From: a virus
DNA: 64,000 nucleotides
Reading direction: 5' to 3' (one strand)
Virus record (IMG/VR): IMGVR_UViG_3300031997_000006
Location: 9,614 to 73,613 of that record
Shown: piece after piece, positions 29,976 to 39,690 of the stretch
Numbering within the stretch: the stretch's first letter is position 1
Layout of the letters: every line of letters starts with the position of its first letter
Notes under the pieces: generated by a model
What the model was told of the DNA's origin: nothing
Seen by the model: the letters and a program-made list of their open reading frames with translations, nothing else
Databases searched by the model: none
Program-made: the position numbers and the translations under genes

Positions 29976-30710
29976 ATGAGTATTATACAAGCTCATCAAT
30001 TAGATATTGGTGTACATCCAGGTCAAGTTCCAGTATTTTCTAATATTGGAACTTTACCTTTAGGTGCTGATCCTGTTAATGAATTAGACGCGGTTACATT
30101 ACGGTTTTTAAATCAATATGTAGCACAAATAAAAGCAAGTTCAACAAATCTCGATTTAAGTAATATACATCACGAACTCACGAATTTACAAAGTCAAATA
30201 AGCGATATTAATATTGTAACTAATATTGATTTTATTAAACAAGTTGATACACTTCAAGAGAAATTAACAGAACTTGAAAGTATTATCTTTAATATTCGAT
30301 TAGAGTTAACTGGACCTCCAATGCCTGGGGATTTACCTACGTATAAGACATACATTAAAACGACAATTAATAAGTTGGTATCAAATGTAAGAGCAAAATA
30401 CATATCTGATACGTTAGGTCAAAGTGAGGTTTATAGAGAAAAAGTTGATCAAGCTATTGATTATGTGTTACAGCGAGAAACAGTTGATATTGCGTTATAT
30501 CCATTAGTTCGAATTGATGCTGAAGTATTTGATATAACATATTACGAAGCAGCTGAAAATATTATACAACAAAAGAAAGTATGGATGCAGCATACTTGTC
30601 GTATTGAAAAATTAAGATTGATTGTGAAAAGAGAAGTTGATTTAGCTCCATCTATAGATTATATTAATAAATTAATTGAGCAATTTATTATAGATTTAGA
30701 ATTAATATAA
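29976..30710 (+). CDS. Hypothetical tail-associated protein
   Basis: ADPVNELDAVT and GQSEVYREK...YPLV motifs typical of fibre/assembly proteins. Confidence 0.5.
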   Translation: MSIIQAHQLDIGVHPGQVPVFSNIGTLPLGADPVNELDAVTLRFLNQYVAQIKASSTNLDLSNIHHELTNLQSQISDINIVTNIDFIKQVDTLQEKLTELESIIFNIRLELTGPPMPGDLPTYKTYIKTTINKLVSNVRAKYISDTLGQSEVYREKVDQAIDYVLQRETVDIALYPLVRIDAEVFDITYYEAAENIIQQKKVWMQHTCRIEKLRLIVKREVDLAPSIDYINKLIEQFIIDLELI

Positions 30711-30718
30711 AAAAAATT

Positions 30719-31303
30719 ATGGCAAAATTACCTGATGTAGATATCGATTTGTGTTCTTCGTTTAATCCAAAAAACTATTTTCCAGAAATAGTATTAGCTT
30801 CTCGAATAGAAAAACATGAACTTAAAAAGCACCAAGTTGGGGTTTATTTTCAAAATATAGCTATAGATCCAATAACTAAATTTGCTGCTATTCCGTATGA
30901 TAAAGCAGCTGAAATGAATTATTTTAAAATCGATATATTACATTTAACAATTTTAGATTATTTTGAAAATAAACAACAAATTAAAGTATTAATAAGAAAA
31001 GCTCCAAATTGGGAGATGTTAGAAGATCCAAATATTGTACAAAAATTATTTCAAATTGCAAAACATTATGATATTATTAATGAAGTTAAACCAACTTCAA
31101 TTCTTGAATTAGCAGACTGTGTTGCTTTAATACGACCTGGTAAAAGATATTTACTTAAAAAATATAATACTGATAAATATAATATTAGAACAATACTTTA
31201 TAATAAAACACATGCATCTGATTATAAAAAATCGCACGCTATTGCATATTCAACTATTATAGTATTACAAATGCATCTTATAGCAGCAAACATAATTAAA
31301 TAG
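30719..31303 (+). CDS. DNA polymerase III alpha (DnaE)-like fragment, part 2 (catalytic palm)
   Basis: PDVDID, KH.VGV, FKIDILHL, LFQI, KP....LA..VALIRPG, YKKSHAIAY. Confidence 0.8.
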   Translation: MAKLPDVDIDLCSSFNPKNYFPEIVLASRIEKHELKKHQVGVYFQNIAIDPITKFAAIPYDKAAEMNYFKIDILHLTILDYFENKQQIKVLIRKAPNWEMLEDPNIVQKLFQIAKHYDIINEVKPTSILELADCVALIRPGKRYLLKKYNTDKYNIRTILYNKTHASDYKKSHAIAYSTIIVLQMHLIAANIIK

Positions 31304-31313
31304 GAAATAAACT

Positions 31314-31679
31314 ATGTTATTTGAAGATTACACCCAACATTTATCTAGTATAAATTTAACAGATCATCAAAAAATGGTACTTGCAAAAGCGGTTGAAGCT
31401 GGTGCTATTGATGAACCTGCTAGAGTTTTATTAGCTGATGCTAAATTTATAGCTGCAAGAGATATATTAGATGAATTAGATATAATTGAATATACTCATG
31501 AAACTGATTTAATTTCTATAACTCAAACAGGTATAAATATAATGCAACAAAATAACATTATAGATGAATCAAATCAATTAACAGAAGATGGTAAAGCTTA
31601 CGCAGAGGATAAAGTACCTGACGAAAAAACACCAACTGTTGAACAGCATACATTTAAAGAATTTTTAAATTTAAGTTAG
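31314..31679 (+). CDS. Hypothetical protein (winged-helix-like)
   Basis: LT..QK..L and ITQTG/LTEDG patterns; C-terminal TFKEFL. Confidence 0.5.
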   Translation: MLFEDYTQHLSSINLTDHQKMVLAKAVEAGAIDEPARVLLADAKFIAARDILDELDIIEYTHETDLISITQTGINIMQQNNIIDESNQLTEDGKAYAEDKVPDEKTPTVEQHTFKEFLNLS

Positions 31680-32186
31680 TTCAGCAGTATGTAATAAAGA
31701 AAGTGCTAATGATATAGTACGTTTTTTTCTTTTTTTAATAAAAAATATATTAGTCGTTGGATAATGTTGAACCGGTCCAATAATTCGAGTCACACTATCG
31801 ATATGATATATTTTAAGTATTTTTGCCGCTGATGCACTCAACCCGTTTATCGACAAATCAACTGATAACGGTCTATTATAATAATTATTACTATACCAAT
31901 CAATAGCAACTTCAATTATTTTACTTTCATCAACCCCTTCTGTTTTACATAAATCAAGTACATATAGTTTTATTGATTTATTATCTGAATTATCTATAAT
32001 AGAAATTATGTTATGTAAATGTTTATATTGTAATAATGTCACAAATGGATACCCTATGTAATCATCTGGGTGCTGCTCAATTATAACATCTTTTTTAAAT
32101 CTTGGTAATCCGTTAATCATTTTATACTTTCCTTGTCTGTTATGATAAATATTTAAAACATAAGAGTATTTAGTGGAGAGAAACAT
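31671..32186 (-). CDS. Hypothetical protein (true start probably ~32120)
   Basis: YPFVTLLQY...IIDN; basic C-terminus. Confidence 0.55.
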   Translation of the reverse strand: MFLSTKYSYVLNIYHNRQGKYKMINGLPRFKKDVIIEQHPDDYIGYPFVTLLQYKHLHNIISIIDNSDNKSIKLYVLDLCKTEGVDESKIIEVAIDWYSNNYYNRPLSVDLSINGLSASAAKILKIYHIDSVTRIIGPVQHYPTTNIFFIKKRKKRTISLALSLLHTAELT

Positions 32187-32934
32187 GAGTTGTACATTTA
32201 AACAATACTTAGCAGAAAATTATAAACTAAAAAAAATAAAAAGCTTAAAATCGTTGGTATCAAAAGCAGGTACGCATGGTGTTAATCAACATGATACATC
32301 CACTGGGGATATAGGAGAAAGCTATAAATTAATTAAGCTTCAAGATATGCATACAACTGAACCAAAATATGAAGAAGGTCATAAATTATTTAAAAAGTCA
32401 CGTGGTCGAAATATATTCTATGATAATCCTCAAAATGGACCATACCCAACTGGAGCAAAAGATTGGGATGATGGCACAGATTATGAAGAAGATGAAGAAA
32501 ACGTTGATTATGATAAGCGCTCCGATTATAATGATTCATCAGCTCATAAAAATCGACACCCATTAGCTGATTATTTAAATGATGATTCTGATGACAAAGG
32601 TAAATCACATAATAAAGATCATGATAAAAAGGATCACAAGCCTGATAAAGACAAAGATACTAAAAACAAAGACCCAGATAAACAGGGTTTAATTAGAAAA
32701 ATCGATGGAGCTCATTTAATATATAAACGTGTTAATGAAGATGGTACATATAATGAGTTGTGGATGTATAATGTTAGTCGGGGAAATAAAAATGAATATG
32801 ATATTAGGTCTGAAATATTAGCTAGTACTGACATTGAACAAAAAAGTGGTGTGTCTGCTAGTGGAAATCAGAAATATATATTATGGACCAATAATAATGT
32901 GCAAATGATGCAAGTAACTGGTCTTCCAAATTAA
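32185..32934 (+). CDS. Putative internal head protein
   Basis: MSCTFKQYLAE resembles the T4 capsid-targeting sequence; GATAAATA at 32143; charged low-complexity middle. Confidence 0.55.
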   Translation: MSCTFKQYLAENYKLKKIKSLKSLVSKAGTHGVNQHDTSTGDIGESYKLIKLQDMHTTEPKYEEGHKLFKKSRGRNIFYDNPQNGPYPTGAKDWDDGTDYEEDEENVDYDKRSDYNDSSAHKNRHPLADYLNDDSDDKGKSHNKDHDKKDHKPDKDKDTKNKDPDKQGLIRKIDGAHLIYKRVNEDGTYNELWMYNVSRGNKNEYDIRSEILASTDIEQKSGVSASGNQKYILWTNNNVQMMQVTGLPN

Positions 32935-32953
32935 TTTTTATTAAGAAGGTTTT

Positions 32954-33379
32954 ATGCAAGAACAAAATGACATACTAGAATCACCAGTATTTGAGTGTGT
33001 GTTTATACAAGGAAGTTTAAATACTCACCCAAGTAGAGTATACGAGTTACCAGTTATAGAAGAAGTTGCTACTTTTTCGAAAGATATTTTTAATAATTTA
33101 TCAACAGAATGTATAGAAACTGATATAAACCCAGGCACTGGGGATGTAGAATTAAAACTACCATTAACATTACAAGTAGCTATGGATGAATTACGTAAGT
33201 GTTTTCAAATAGCACAAAACTATAAAAGAGAAATAGCAGAAGCAAAAACTACTGTAAAAAAGAATTACCTCAAAAAGAAGAACAGAAAAAATAGTGAATA
33301 TGCCGAAAAAATAATCATATTCATTAACAAATATCAGAGCAGCAGAGCTAATGTTGAAACACAACAAGTTATTATTTAA
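32954..33379 (+). CDS. Hypothetical protein
   Basis: 141-aa ORF with RBS. Confidence 0.5.
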   Translation: MQEQNDILESPVFECVFIQGSLNTHPSRVYELPVIEEVATFSKDIFNNLSTECIETDINPGTGDVELKLPLTLQVAMDELRKCFQIAQNYKREIAEAKTTVKKNYLKKKNRKNSEYAEKIIIFINKYQSSRANVETQQVII

Positions 33380-33407
33380 TTGTGTAACACTTTATACAAC
33401 GTGTAAA

Positions 33408-33505
33408 CCACAAATTGTCTAAAAGTTCTCCTTTTAGTTTGTAGTGGCCGAGAAAAACGGAACTCGCAACCTTAACCGTTATTAACCCATTTCCAAGGAA
33501 GAAAA
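33408..33505 (+). ncRNA. Candidate structured cis-regulatory leader of folE
   Basis: CTAAAAG/CTTTTAG hairpin; CGAG/CTCG stem with loop AACGG complementary to CCGTT; CCTT complementary to the AAGG RBS. Confidence 0.4.
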
Positions 33506-34174
33506 ATGAAAACAGATAAAGAATTAGGAAAGCGTGTATTTGAACATTTAAAAATTTTAGGACTTGAAACTCCTGTAACAAATTTAGTATATGTTAATGA
33601 TGATACAAAAATTGAACAAATTGTGCCATTATTCAAGCAAATAATGGAAGTATTAGGACTAGATTTAAGTGATGATAGTTTAGCAGAAACTCCTCAACGT
33701 ATAGCTAAAATGTACGTTAAGGAAATATTTTCTGGTTTAAATTACGATAATTTTCCTAAACTCACTGTAATTGAAAATAAGATGTCATGTAGGGATGAAT
33801 ATATCCTTGAAAAAAATATAAAATTTAATTCAACGTGCGAACATCACTTTTTGCCAATTTTAGGTATAAACGGTGGTTGCCATGTGGCTTATATTCCAGA
33901 TAAGTTCGTTGTAGGTTTATCAAAAATTAATCGTGTTGTTAAATTTTTTGCAAAAAATCCAGCTGTTCAAGAAAGAACTACTCATCAAATATTAGTGACA
34001 TTACAATTTTTACTTGAAACTACAGATGTAGCTGTAGTTATTGATGCAGTGCATACTTGTGTTGCAACAAGGGGGGTTGAAGATGGAACAAGTTCAACCA
34101 GTACTGCTGCAATTGGTGGAGTATTTAAAACTGATAAGCAAATTCGTGCAGAATTCTTTAACAATTGTAAGTAG
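33506..34174 (+). CDS. folE: GTP cyclohydrolase I
   Basis: ETPQRIAKMY, STCEHH, GLSKINR, QER, HTCVATRGV. Confidence 0.95.
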   Translation: MKTDKELGKRVFEHLKILGLETPVTNLVYVNDDTKIEQIVPLFKQIMEVLGLDLSDDSLAETPQRIAKMYVKEIFSGLNYDNFPKLTVIENKMSCRDEYILEKNIKFNSTCEHHFLPILGINGGCHVAYIPDKFVVGLSKINRVVKFFAKNPAVQERTTHQILVTLQFLLETTDVAVVIDAVHTCVATRGVEDGTSSTSTAAIGGVFKTDKQIRAEFFNNCK

Positions 34175-34378
34175 ATGAATATAAAAAATAAGATTGAATT
34201 AGATAAATGGATGTTTACTCAATATCAAAATGGTCATGATATTCATTCTATAAAAGGTGCTCCTAAATCGTGGATGAAATACGAGGATGATACACCAATA
34301 GAACATCCAGTTAATTATATGTGGGTAAATTCTTCTACAGGCGAAAAATTTAACATCATTTACGATAAACCACAATAA
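34175..34378 (+). CDS. Hypothetical protein
   Basis: Abuts the folE stop. Confidence 0.45.
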   Translation: MNIKNKIELDKWMFTQYQNGHDIHSIKGAPKSWMKYEDDTPIEHPVNYMWVNSSTGEKFNIIYDKPQ

Positions 34379-34701
34379 AAATATTCATATATTTGTGTAA
34401 CATTTTGGTAATTTAATAAATATTAGTACACTTAAGTAATATAAAATTTTATTACCAAAAATACATGAATTTACCATTAACTGTGCACTTTTATTATGAT
34501 ACTTATGATCCAGTCAATACATACCCGGATCCACAAAAATCGCATGGTTCTTTTAATTATAAAAAAATAATAGCTATGTCAAATGGTCGAACAATACATC
34601 AAACTACCTTATTTAATTTTCGTGGATATTTAATGAGTGATGAGTTTTTTTAAAACTGTAACTATGTAAATCATCAATTAATACAACTATAAAAATATTA
34701 G

Positions 34702-34730
34702 TTGATTTCTACATAAAAACTACATATAAT
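34702..34730 (+). promoter_or_regulatory. Sigma70-type early promoter (TTGATW-17-TATAAT; also at 35261, 37727, 39405, 51847, 56350; TTGCAA variant at 61344)
   Basis: TTGATT-17 nt-TATAAT; the same motif and spacing recur before early-type genes. Confidence 0.7.
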
Positions 34731-34760
34731 ACTAACATATTAACAATTAAATGTATTTTT

Positions 34761-34982
34761 ATGAAACTAATATTATTAATCTTATGTTGCACATTATTAT
34801 CAGGATGTCTTTGGGGTGCAAAGGGAATTTTAACTAAACCAGGTGGGTATTATGGTTGTGATCGGTTTGAATACAATGAAACTGCAAATTATCGATATCC
34901 TGGTTGGAGTAAATATAATAATTACGACATAATGAGACCTCAGTATAAAACTCAACAATATGATCATTATGGATTTAAATAA
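34761..34982 (+). CDS. Small lipoprotein
   Basis: Signal peptide with LLSGC lipobox. Confidence 0.6.
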   Translation: MKLILLILCCTLLSGCLWGAKGILTKPGGYYGCDRFEYNETANYRYPGWSKYNNYDIMRPQYKTQQYDHYGFK

Positions 34983-35037
34983 TTAATTGTTTGAAAATTA
35001 TAAATATACTTATATAACATAATTATGAGTATATTTA

Positions 35038-35244
35038 ATGAAACTAGAAGAGTTATTTAAATCAAAAATAAAATCTAAAAAATTACCAAACAACATTACC
35101 TCAACTAATTTTATAAATGATAATAGAACTGATGCTGAATTAGAACGTGATTCATATAGAGCTAAAATGTTAAAATATCAAGAACCTTCAGGTGTTAATA
35201 GAGGTGAAGAACGTAATAATAAACAAGATTGGGTGTTTGGATAA
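35038..35244 (+). CDS. Small late protein
   Basis: TATAAATA at 34999; MKLEELF N-terminus. Confidence 0.5.
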   Translation: MKLEELFKSKIKSKKLPNNITSTNFINDNRTDAELERDSYRAKMLKYQEPSGVNRGEERNNKQDWVFG

Positions 35245-35361
35245 AAAGATCAAATAATAGTTGATAGTTTAATTAATCCCTTTTATACTCATCAGAGTTA
35301 TAAAAGGGATTAATATTGTTTAGTGCTAATGAATAGCACTATTTAACAGCAAGGATGCTAT

Positions 35362-36555
35362 ATGATTGAATTAACGGAATACCACAAAACATTATACGCA
35401 GATTTGTTACATTTAACAGACACCAATGAAGCGTTCTATTTCCGTGATAATATTAAAGACGATGTAACCTATCGTATTTTTACGTATAGATTAGCATCAT
35501 ATTCTGATTTTTTATTGCCAGGTGCACTAGAATGTCGCGGAATTATGTTTGAATTGGCGAACGATCACCCTGTTCGATTAGCTTCATTACCAATGGCCAA
35601 ATTTTGGAATTGGAAAGAGAATCCCGCTACAACGAATCTCGACTTTCATAATTTTAAACAAATTATGCATAAATTGGACGGGAGCTTAATTTCGACTTTC
35701 CAACATAAAGGTATAGTTTATTTTAAATCTAAAACTGCATTATATTCTGATCATGCTAAAGCAGCTACTGATTATGCAATTAGTGTTGTACCTGATTATA
35801 GCAACAATATACAAACATCATTATATGATGAATTTAAAGTAATTGAAACTGCTGGACATACTGTTAATTGTGAGTTTACATCTCCACATTACCCATTTAG
35901 AATTGTTGTTGGTTATCAAGAACCAAAATTAACAATTCTAAATGTTCGTCATCGTGGAACAGGTGTTTATGTTACACTAGATGAAGTACAAAATGTTTTA
36001 AATTTATTTTATAAAAATAAAAACGATCGAATGATTACTGCTCATTGGATCGAAACTGTTAATGTTGCTAATGATGAAATTGATGATTTTATTAATTCTA
36101 TTGATGCACAAACTGGAATTGAAGGTTATGTTATTCAATTACACGATGGAATGTTAGTTAAAATCAAAACTGATTGGTATCGTGCATTACATCATGTTAA
36201 AGATAGTATTAATTGTATGCGTAGATTATTTGAAGCTGTTCTTGAAGAAACAACTGATGATTTAAGATCAATGTTATATGATGATCCAGTTTCATTAGAA
36301 CGCATTAATGATATGGAAATTAAAGTTGTTCATATTTATAATAGCACTATTAAAAATGTTGAATCTTTCTATGAAGATAATGTTAACCTAGATCGAAAAG
36401 ATTATGCTATAAAGGGACAGCAAATACTTTCACATCTTGAGTTTGGTTTAGCAATGAATAAATATAGTGGAAAAATAATTGATTATAAAGGTATAATTAA
36501 AAAGAATTATAAATCATTTGGTATTATAGAAGATGAACCTGAACTAACTGAATAA
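35362..36555 (+). CDS. T4 Rnl1-like RNA ligase
   Basis: LECRGIMFE, KFWN..E, KLDGSLI (motif I), IEGYV, KIKTDWY. Confidence 0.9.
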   Translation: MIELTEYHKTLYADLLHLTDTNEAFYFRDNIKDDVTYRIFTYRLASYSDFLLPGALECRGIMFELANDHPVRLASLPMAKFWNWKENPATTNLDFHNFKQIMHKLDGSLISTFQHKGIVYFKSKTALYSDHAKAATDYAISVVPDYSNNIQTSLYDEFKVIETAGHTVNCEFTSPHYPFRIVVGYQEPKLTILNVRHRGTGVYVTLDEVQNVLNLFYKNKNDRMITAHWIETVNVANDEIDDFINSIDAQTGIEGYVIQLHDGMLVKIKTDWYRALHHVKDSINCMRRLFEAVLEETTDDLRSMLYDDPVSLERINDMEIKVVHIYNSTIKNVESFYEDNVNLDRKDYAIKGQQILSHLEFGLAMNKYSGKIIDYKGIIKKNYKSFGIIEDEPELTE

Positions 36556-36658
36556 TATAATTAAATCCTTTGAGATTTAATGGCTCTCAAGAGATACTTA
36601 AATATATACTATCTCTTGTTAGTGTTATTTAATAATACGTGATATTGGACATTTTAAA

Positions 36659-37309
36659 ATGACTGAAGTAGATGCTTTAAAAACAGAATTTGGTTTTGAT
36701 CCAACTAGTATAGCTAATATAGGGAAATGGGGTATTGTACGGTGTCTAGAGATAGAGGAAAACGCTGTTGGTGCACAATTAGGTGATTTGTATATAATGA
36801 CAAGCATATATACAGACAATCATCAAGATTTTGCAAAACTAGGTAGGTACATTGGAATGTCTACTGGAGCAATAATACCTACTGCAAGGTTTCATTATTA
36901 TCGATCAAAAACCAACGCTATGAAAATAGCAAGCGATCGAAAAAAACAGCATCCAATTCAACCATTAGAATTCGATACTAATAATGTATTGCGGTTTAAA
37001 CCCAATATGATTGTTACTAAGTTGTTAAAAGAAGGTCCATTTACTATGAATGATTTTTGTGTTGGTTTCTCTGATGAAGACAAAATACAATTTGCACAAT
37101 TAATTGGATATAGTTTATCTGGTTTTAGTGAGCTATCATATGTTGATGACGCAACTTATGATGCAGTTCACCAAATGTATACAATGGGCATATCTGAAAG
37201 TGATGCACGAATATACACCCTTGAAGATAAATTAAAAATTGTTCAAGATAATCTTAAACCTATAATTATATCATTATTTAATATCCCTGAAGAAGATTTA
37301 ACATTTTGA
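36659..37309 (+). CDS. Hypothetical protein
   Basis: C-half HPIQP...LRFKPN...QFAQLIGYSLSGFSELSYV looks like a conserved phage domain. Confidence 0.55.
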   Translation: MTEVDALKTEFGFDPTSIANIGKWGIVRCLEIEENAVGAQLGDLYIMTSIYTDNHQDFAKLGRYIGMSTGAIIPTARFHYYRSKTNAMKIASDRKKQHPIQPLEFDTNNVLRFKPNMIVTKLLKEGPFTMNDFCVGFSDEDKIQFAQLIGYSLSGFSELSYVDDATYDAVHQMYTMGISESDARIYTLEDKLKIVQDNLKPIIISLFNIPEEDLTF

Positions 37310-37743
37310 AAACAATCATCGCAGGTAGTCGTGGTGCAACTCAATATAAGTTTATTGAATTGGCTACACAATTGTGTTATTTTGAAGTGACCTCCGTTGT
37401 TAGTGGAACTTGTAGAGGTGGTGATAAATTAGGTGAGCGGTATGCAACAGCTAATAATCTACCACTTGAATTATATCCCGCTGATTGGAAAAAATATGGA
37501 AAAAGTGCTGGATTCATTCGTAATGCAGAAATGGTTGAAAATGCAGATGCGTTGATTGCAATATGGGACGGATTTAGTAATGGTACAAAAAATATGATTG
37601 AAATTGCAAGAAGAAAAAAATTTCCAATTTTAGTTTATAATTATGTGGCTAACACAGTTTGGGTACATACAAAAAAAGGATGGATACATATAAATGTACC
37701 AATATCTGAAATAGATAAGCTTTTAGTTGATTACTATCTATAA
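37306..37743 (+). CDS. SLOG-superfamily (YspA/DUF2493-like) protein
   Basis: IIAGSR, VSG..RG.D.LGE, ADWKKYGKSAG.IRN..M, WDG.S.GT. Confidence 0.85.
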   Translation: MKTIIAGSRGATQYKFIELATQLCYFEVTSVVSGTCRGGDKLGERYATANNLPLELYPADWKKYGKSAGFIRNAEMVENADALIAIWDGFSNGTKNMIEIARRKKFPILVYNYVANTVWVHTKKGWIHINVPISEIDKLLVDYYL

Positions 37744-37809
37744 TATTATTATAATGTGTATATGTTGTATGTTGCAGCAATATACATATCATACAAATAA
37801 GGAATAAAA

Positions 37810-38145
37810 ATGACAGAATATACAGATAAAAACAGAATAGTTGTTAAAATTGGTGATATTATAAAATACGATGAACCAAATAGTAATAAATGGGGCAAAG
37901 CTATTTATGAAATAGTTTATCATCGAGGTGAATTAGCTGGAGTACTTAGAGTAGGTTATCCATATTGGACTTTTGATGAACAACATACACCTCTACGACT
38001 TATATTTTTTTGTATTAAGCCAGATACTGTTATGATTGATTCAGAAATTATTGGTAATATTCAGAAAAATGCTGATATGTTAACTATAGCATATGCTGAA
38101 ATATTATTCCCAAATATTATTCCAATAGTTAAAACTATTAAATAA
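37810..38145 (+). CDS. Hypothetical protein (YopX-like C-terminal motif)
   Basis: DKN....IGDII...EIIGNI. Confidence 0.55.
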   Translation: MTEYTDKNRIVVKIGDIIKYDEPNSNKWGKAIYEIVYHRGELAGVLRVGYPYWTFDEQHTPLRLIFFCIKPDTVMIDSEIIGNIQKNADMLTIAYAEILFPNIIPIVKTIK

Positions 38146-38166
38146 CTTGCACAATATAAATTAATA

Positions 38167-39390
38167 CCGGCATTCATTGCGCACTGTTGTTCCTGATTCG
38201 CCGTGCTCATGCACAACAGTCAAGTTCTTCGACAGTTCGACTTATGTGATTTCTTTTCTCAGAGGCAATGCCTTTGCCCAACAATAGAGTATTAATCGCA
38301 GCATTTATGTCACGATCATGCGTAGCTCCACAACTACAACTCCACTGTCTTACTGCAAGCCCATCAAAACCACTCGGACCAGTCAGGTCTCCGCAATTTG
38401 AACAGGTCTTGGTGGAATTTCTATTACTTACCAGAACTAATTCTCCAAATCCATCAATTCTTGACGCTAATTTGTTTTTTAGTAGTTCTCGTATTTTGCC
38501 AAGTGCTAAATTGGCGTACTGCTTTCCATATTTTTGAATTAATCCCTTAAAATTATCATCTGACCAGAATATTTTTACATATATCGCAGCCAAATAAGTA
38601 GTTAATTTATGGTGGTGATCAGTTCTTTGATTTGTGATCTTTCTTTGTAGATATTTTAATTTTTTCGAGTTCTTTGATTTCCTCTGCAAATTACCAATTT
38701 TCTTTTCTGCATCTTGGTAGAATTTTGGAAAATCAATTTGTACTCCATCACTCAATGTCAAACTTGTTTTTAAACCAGGATCAATTCCTGCTTCTTTTCC
38801 ATCTGTTATTTCTATTTTTTCTCTTGTTTGGTCATAACAACAACTCACATACCAACAATCGAATTTCTTAATCAATGTACATTTTTTTAATTTGCCCGTG
38901 AATTTACCTGATTCACTGATTTTTAAAGTTGTCTTTAATCCAGGGATTTTTAATCTGCCTGATTTGTCAAACTTGATATCACCTGCAAAATAAAAACTTT
39001 TCTTTTGTCTACAATTTTTATAATGTAGTCTGTGAATTCCGTGTTTCTTAAAACTTGTTAACACCGCTTGAATACAACAATTAATCAATGCACTTGGAAT
39101 TCCACATTTCTTGCTATGTCCAATTATCTTTTTTGATAATATACTTCTGAGTTGTATATCAGACATGAACATATACGCAAACCAGTTCTCGTCAAGTTCG
39201 TACTTGATTTGATTAATTACCCAATTTTCAATTCCAATAGCACTCCACAAGAAGTCATTGAGGACTTGTTCTTGTTTCTTAGTTGGATAAATTTTGTGTG
39301 AAATATTAATCATAAATATATTATGGCTGCTCCTATAATACGTATCCACTGCTTTTTCAACTGATGAAAATGAGATGTGTAGAACCAATT
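38167..39390 (-). mobile_element. Solo tnpB element (IS200/IS605/IS607-like), no transposase gene
   Basis: Higher-GC island antisense to its neighbours; ends approximate; structured 3' region with ACTGTTGT/ACAACAGT stem consistent with an omegaRNA. Confidence 0.65.
38207..39313 (-). CDS. tnpB: TnpB-family RNA-guided protein
   Basis: KIYPTKKQ, GIDPG, TCSNCG...WSCSCG zinc finger, HDRDINAAIN; likely start MINISHK at 39313. Confidence 0.9.
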   Translation of the reverse strand: MINISHKIYPTKKQEQVLNDFLWSAIGIENWVINQIKYELDENWFAYMFMSDIQLRSILSKKIIGHSKKCGIPSALINCCIQAVLTSFKKHGIHRLHYKNCRQKKSFYFAGDIKFDKSGRLKIPGLKTTLKISESGKFTGKLKKCTLIKKFDCWYVSCCYDQTREKIEITDGKEAGIDPGLKTSLTLSDGVQIDFPKFYQDAEKKIGNLQRKSKNSKKLKYLQRKITNQRTDHHHKLTTYLAAIYVKIFWSDDNFKGLIQKYGKQYANLALGKIRELLKNKLASRIDGFGELVLVSNRNSTKTCSNCGDLTGPSGFDGLAVRQWSCSCGATHDRDINAAINTLLLGKGIASEKRNHISRTVEELDCCA

Positions 39391-39439
39391 ACAGCTATAT
39401 AAAGTTGATTTATATTATATAATATGGTATAATATACCT

Positions 39440-39646
39440 ATGAAAATAAAAGATATTATACCTGGTATGCGTTGTACAGTTAATAGACATGGAGATATCT
39501 ATTTTGACACAGCTATAAGACTATTTTTGGGAGCTGATTGTATTGTAATTAAAATAACTAAATCAGGGTTAGTTCAAGTGGCATTAACAGAATTTCCTAA
39601 ACAAGTATACAGTGTACCAGCTCATAATATATCTTTATTACTTTAA
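39440..39646 (+). CDS. Small SH3/KOW-like hypothetical protein
   Basis: 68 aa directly after the early promoter at 39405-39433. Confidence 0.5.
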   Translation: MKIKDIIPGMRCTVNRHGDIYFDTAIRLFLGADCIVIKITKSGLVQVALTEFPKQVYSVPAHNISLLL

Positions 39647-39690
39647 TATAAGATAAACTAATTAATGGTATATAGTATATAGGAGAGAAT

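Noticed and set aside
35272-35341. Long hairpins upstream of the RNA ligase as an ncRNA
   Set aside because: AT-rich stems overlapping an early promoter; a terminator or operator explains them adequately
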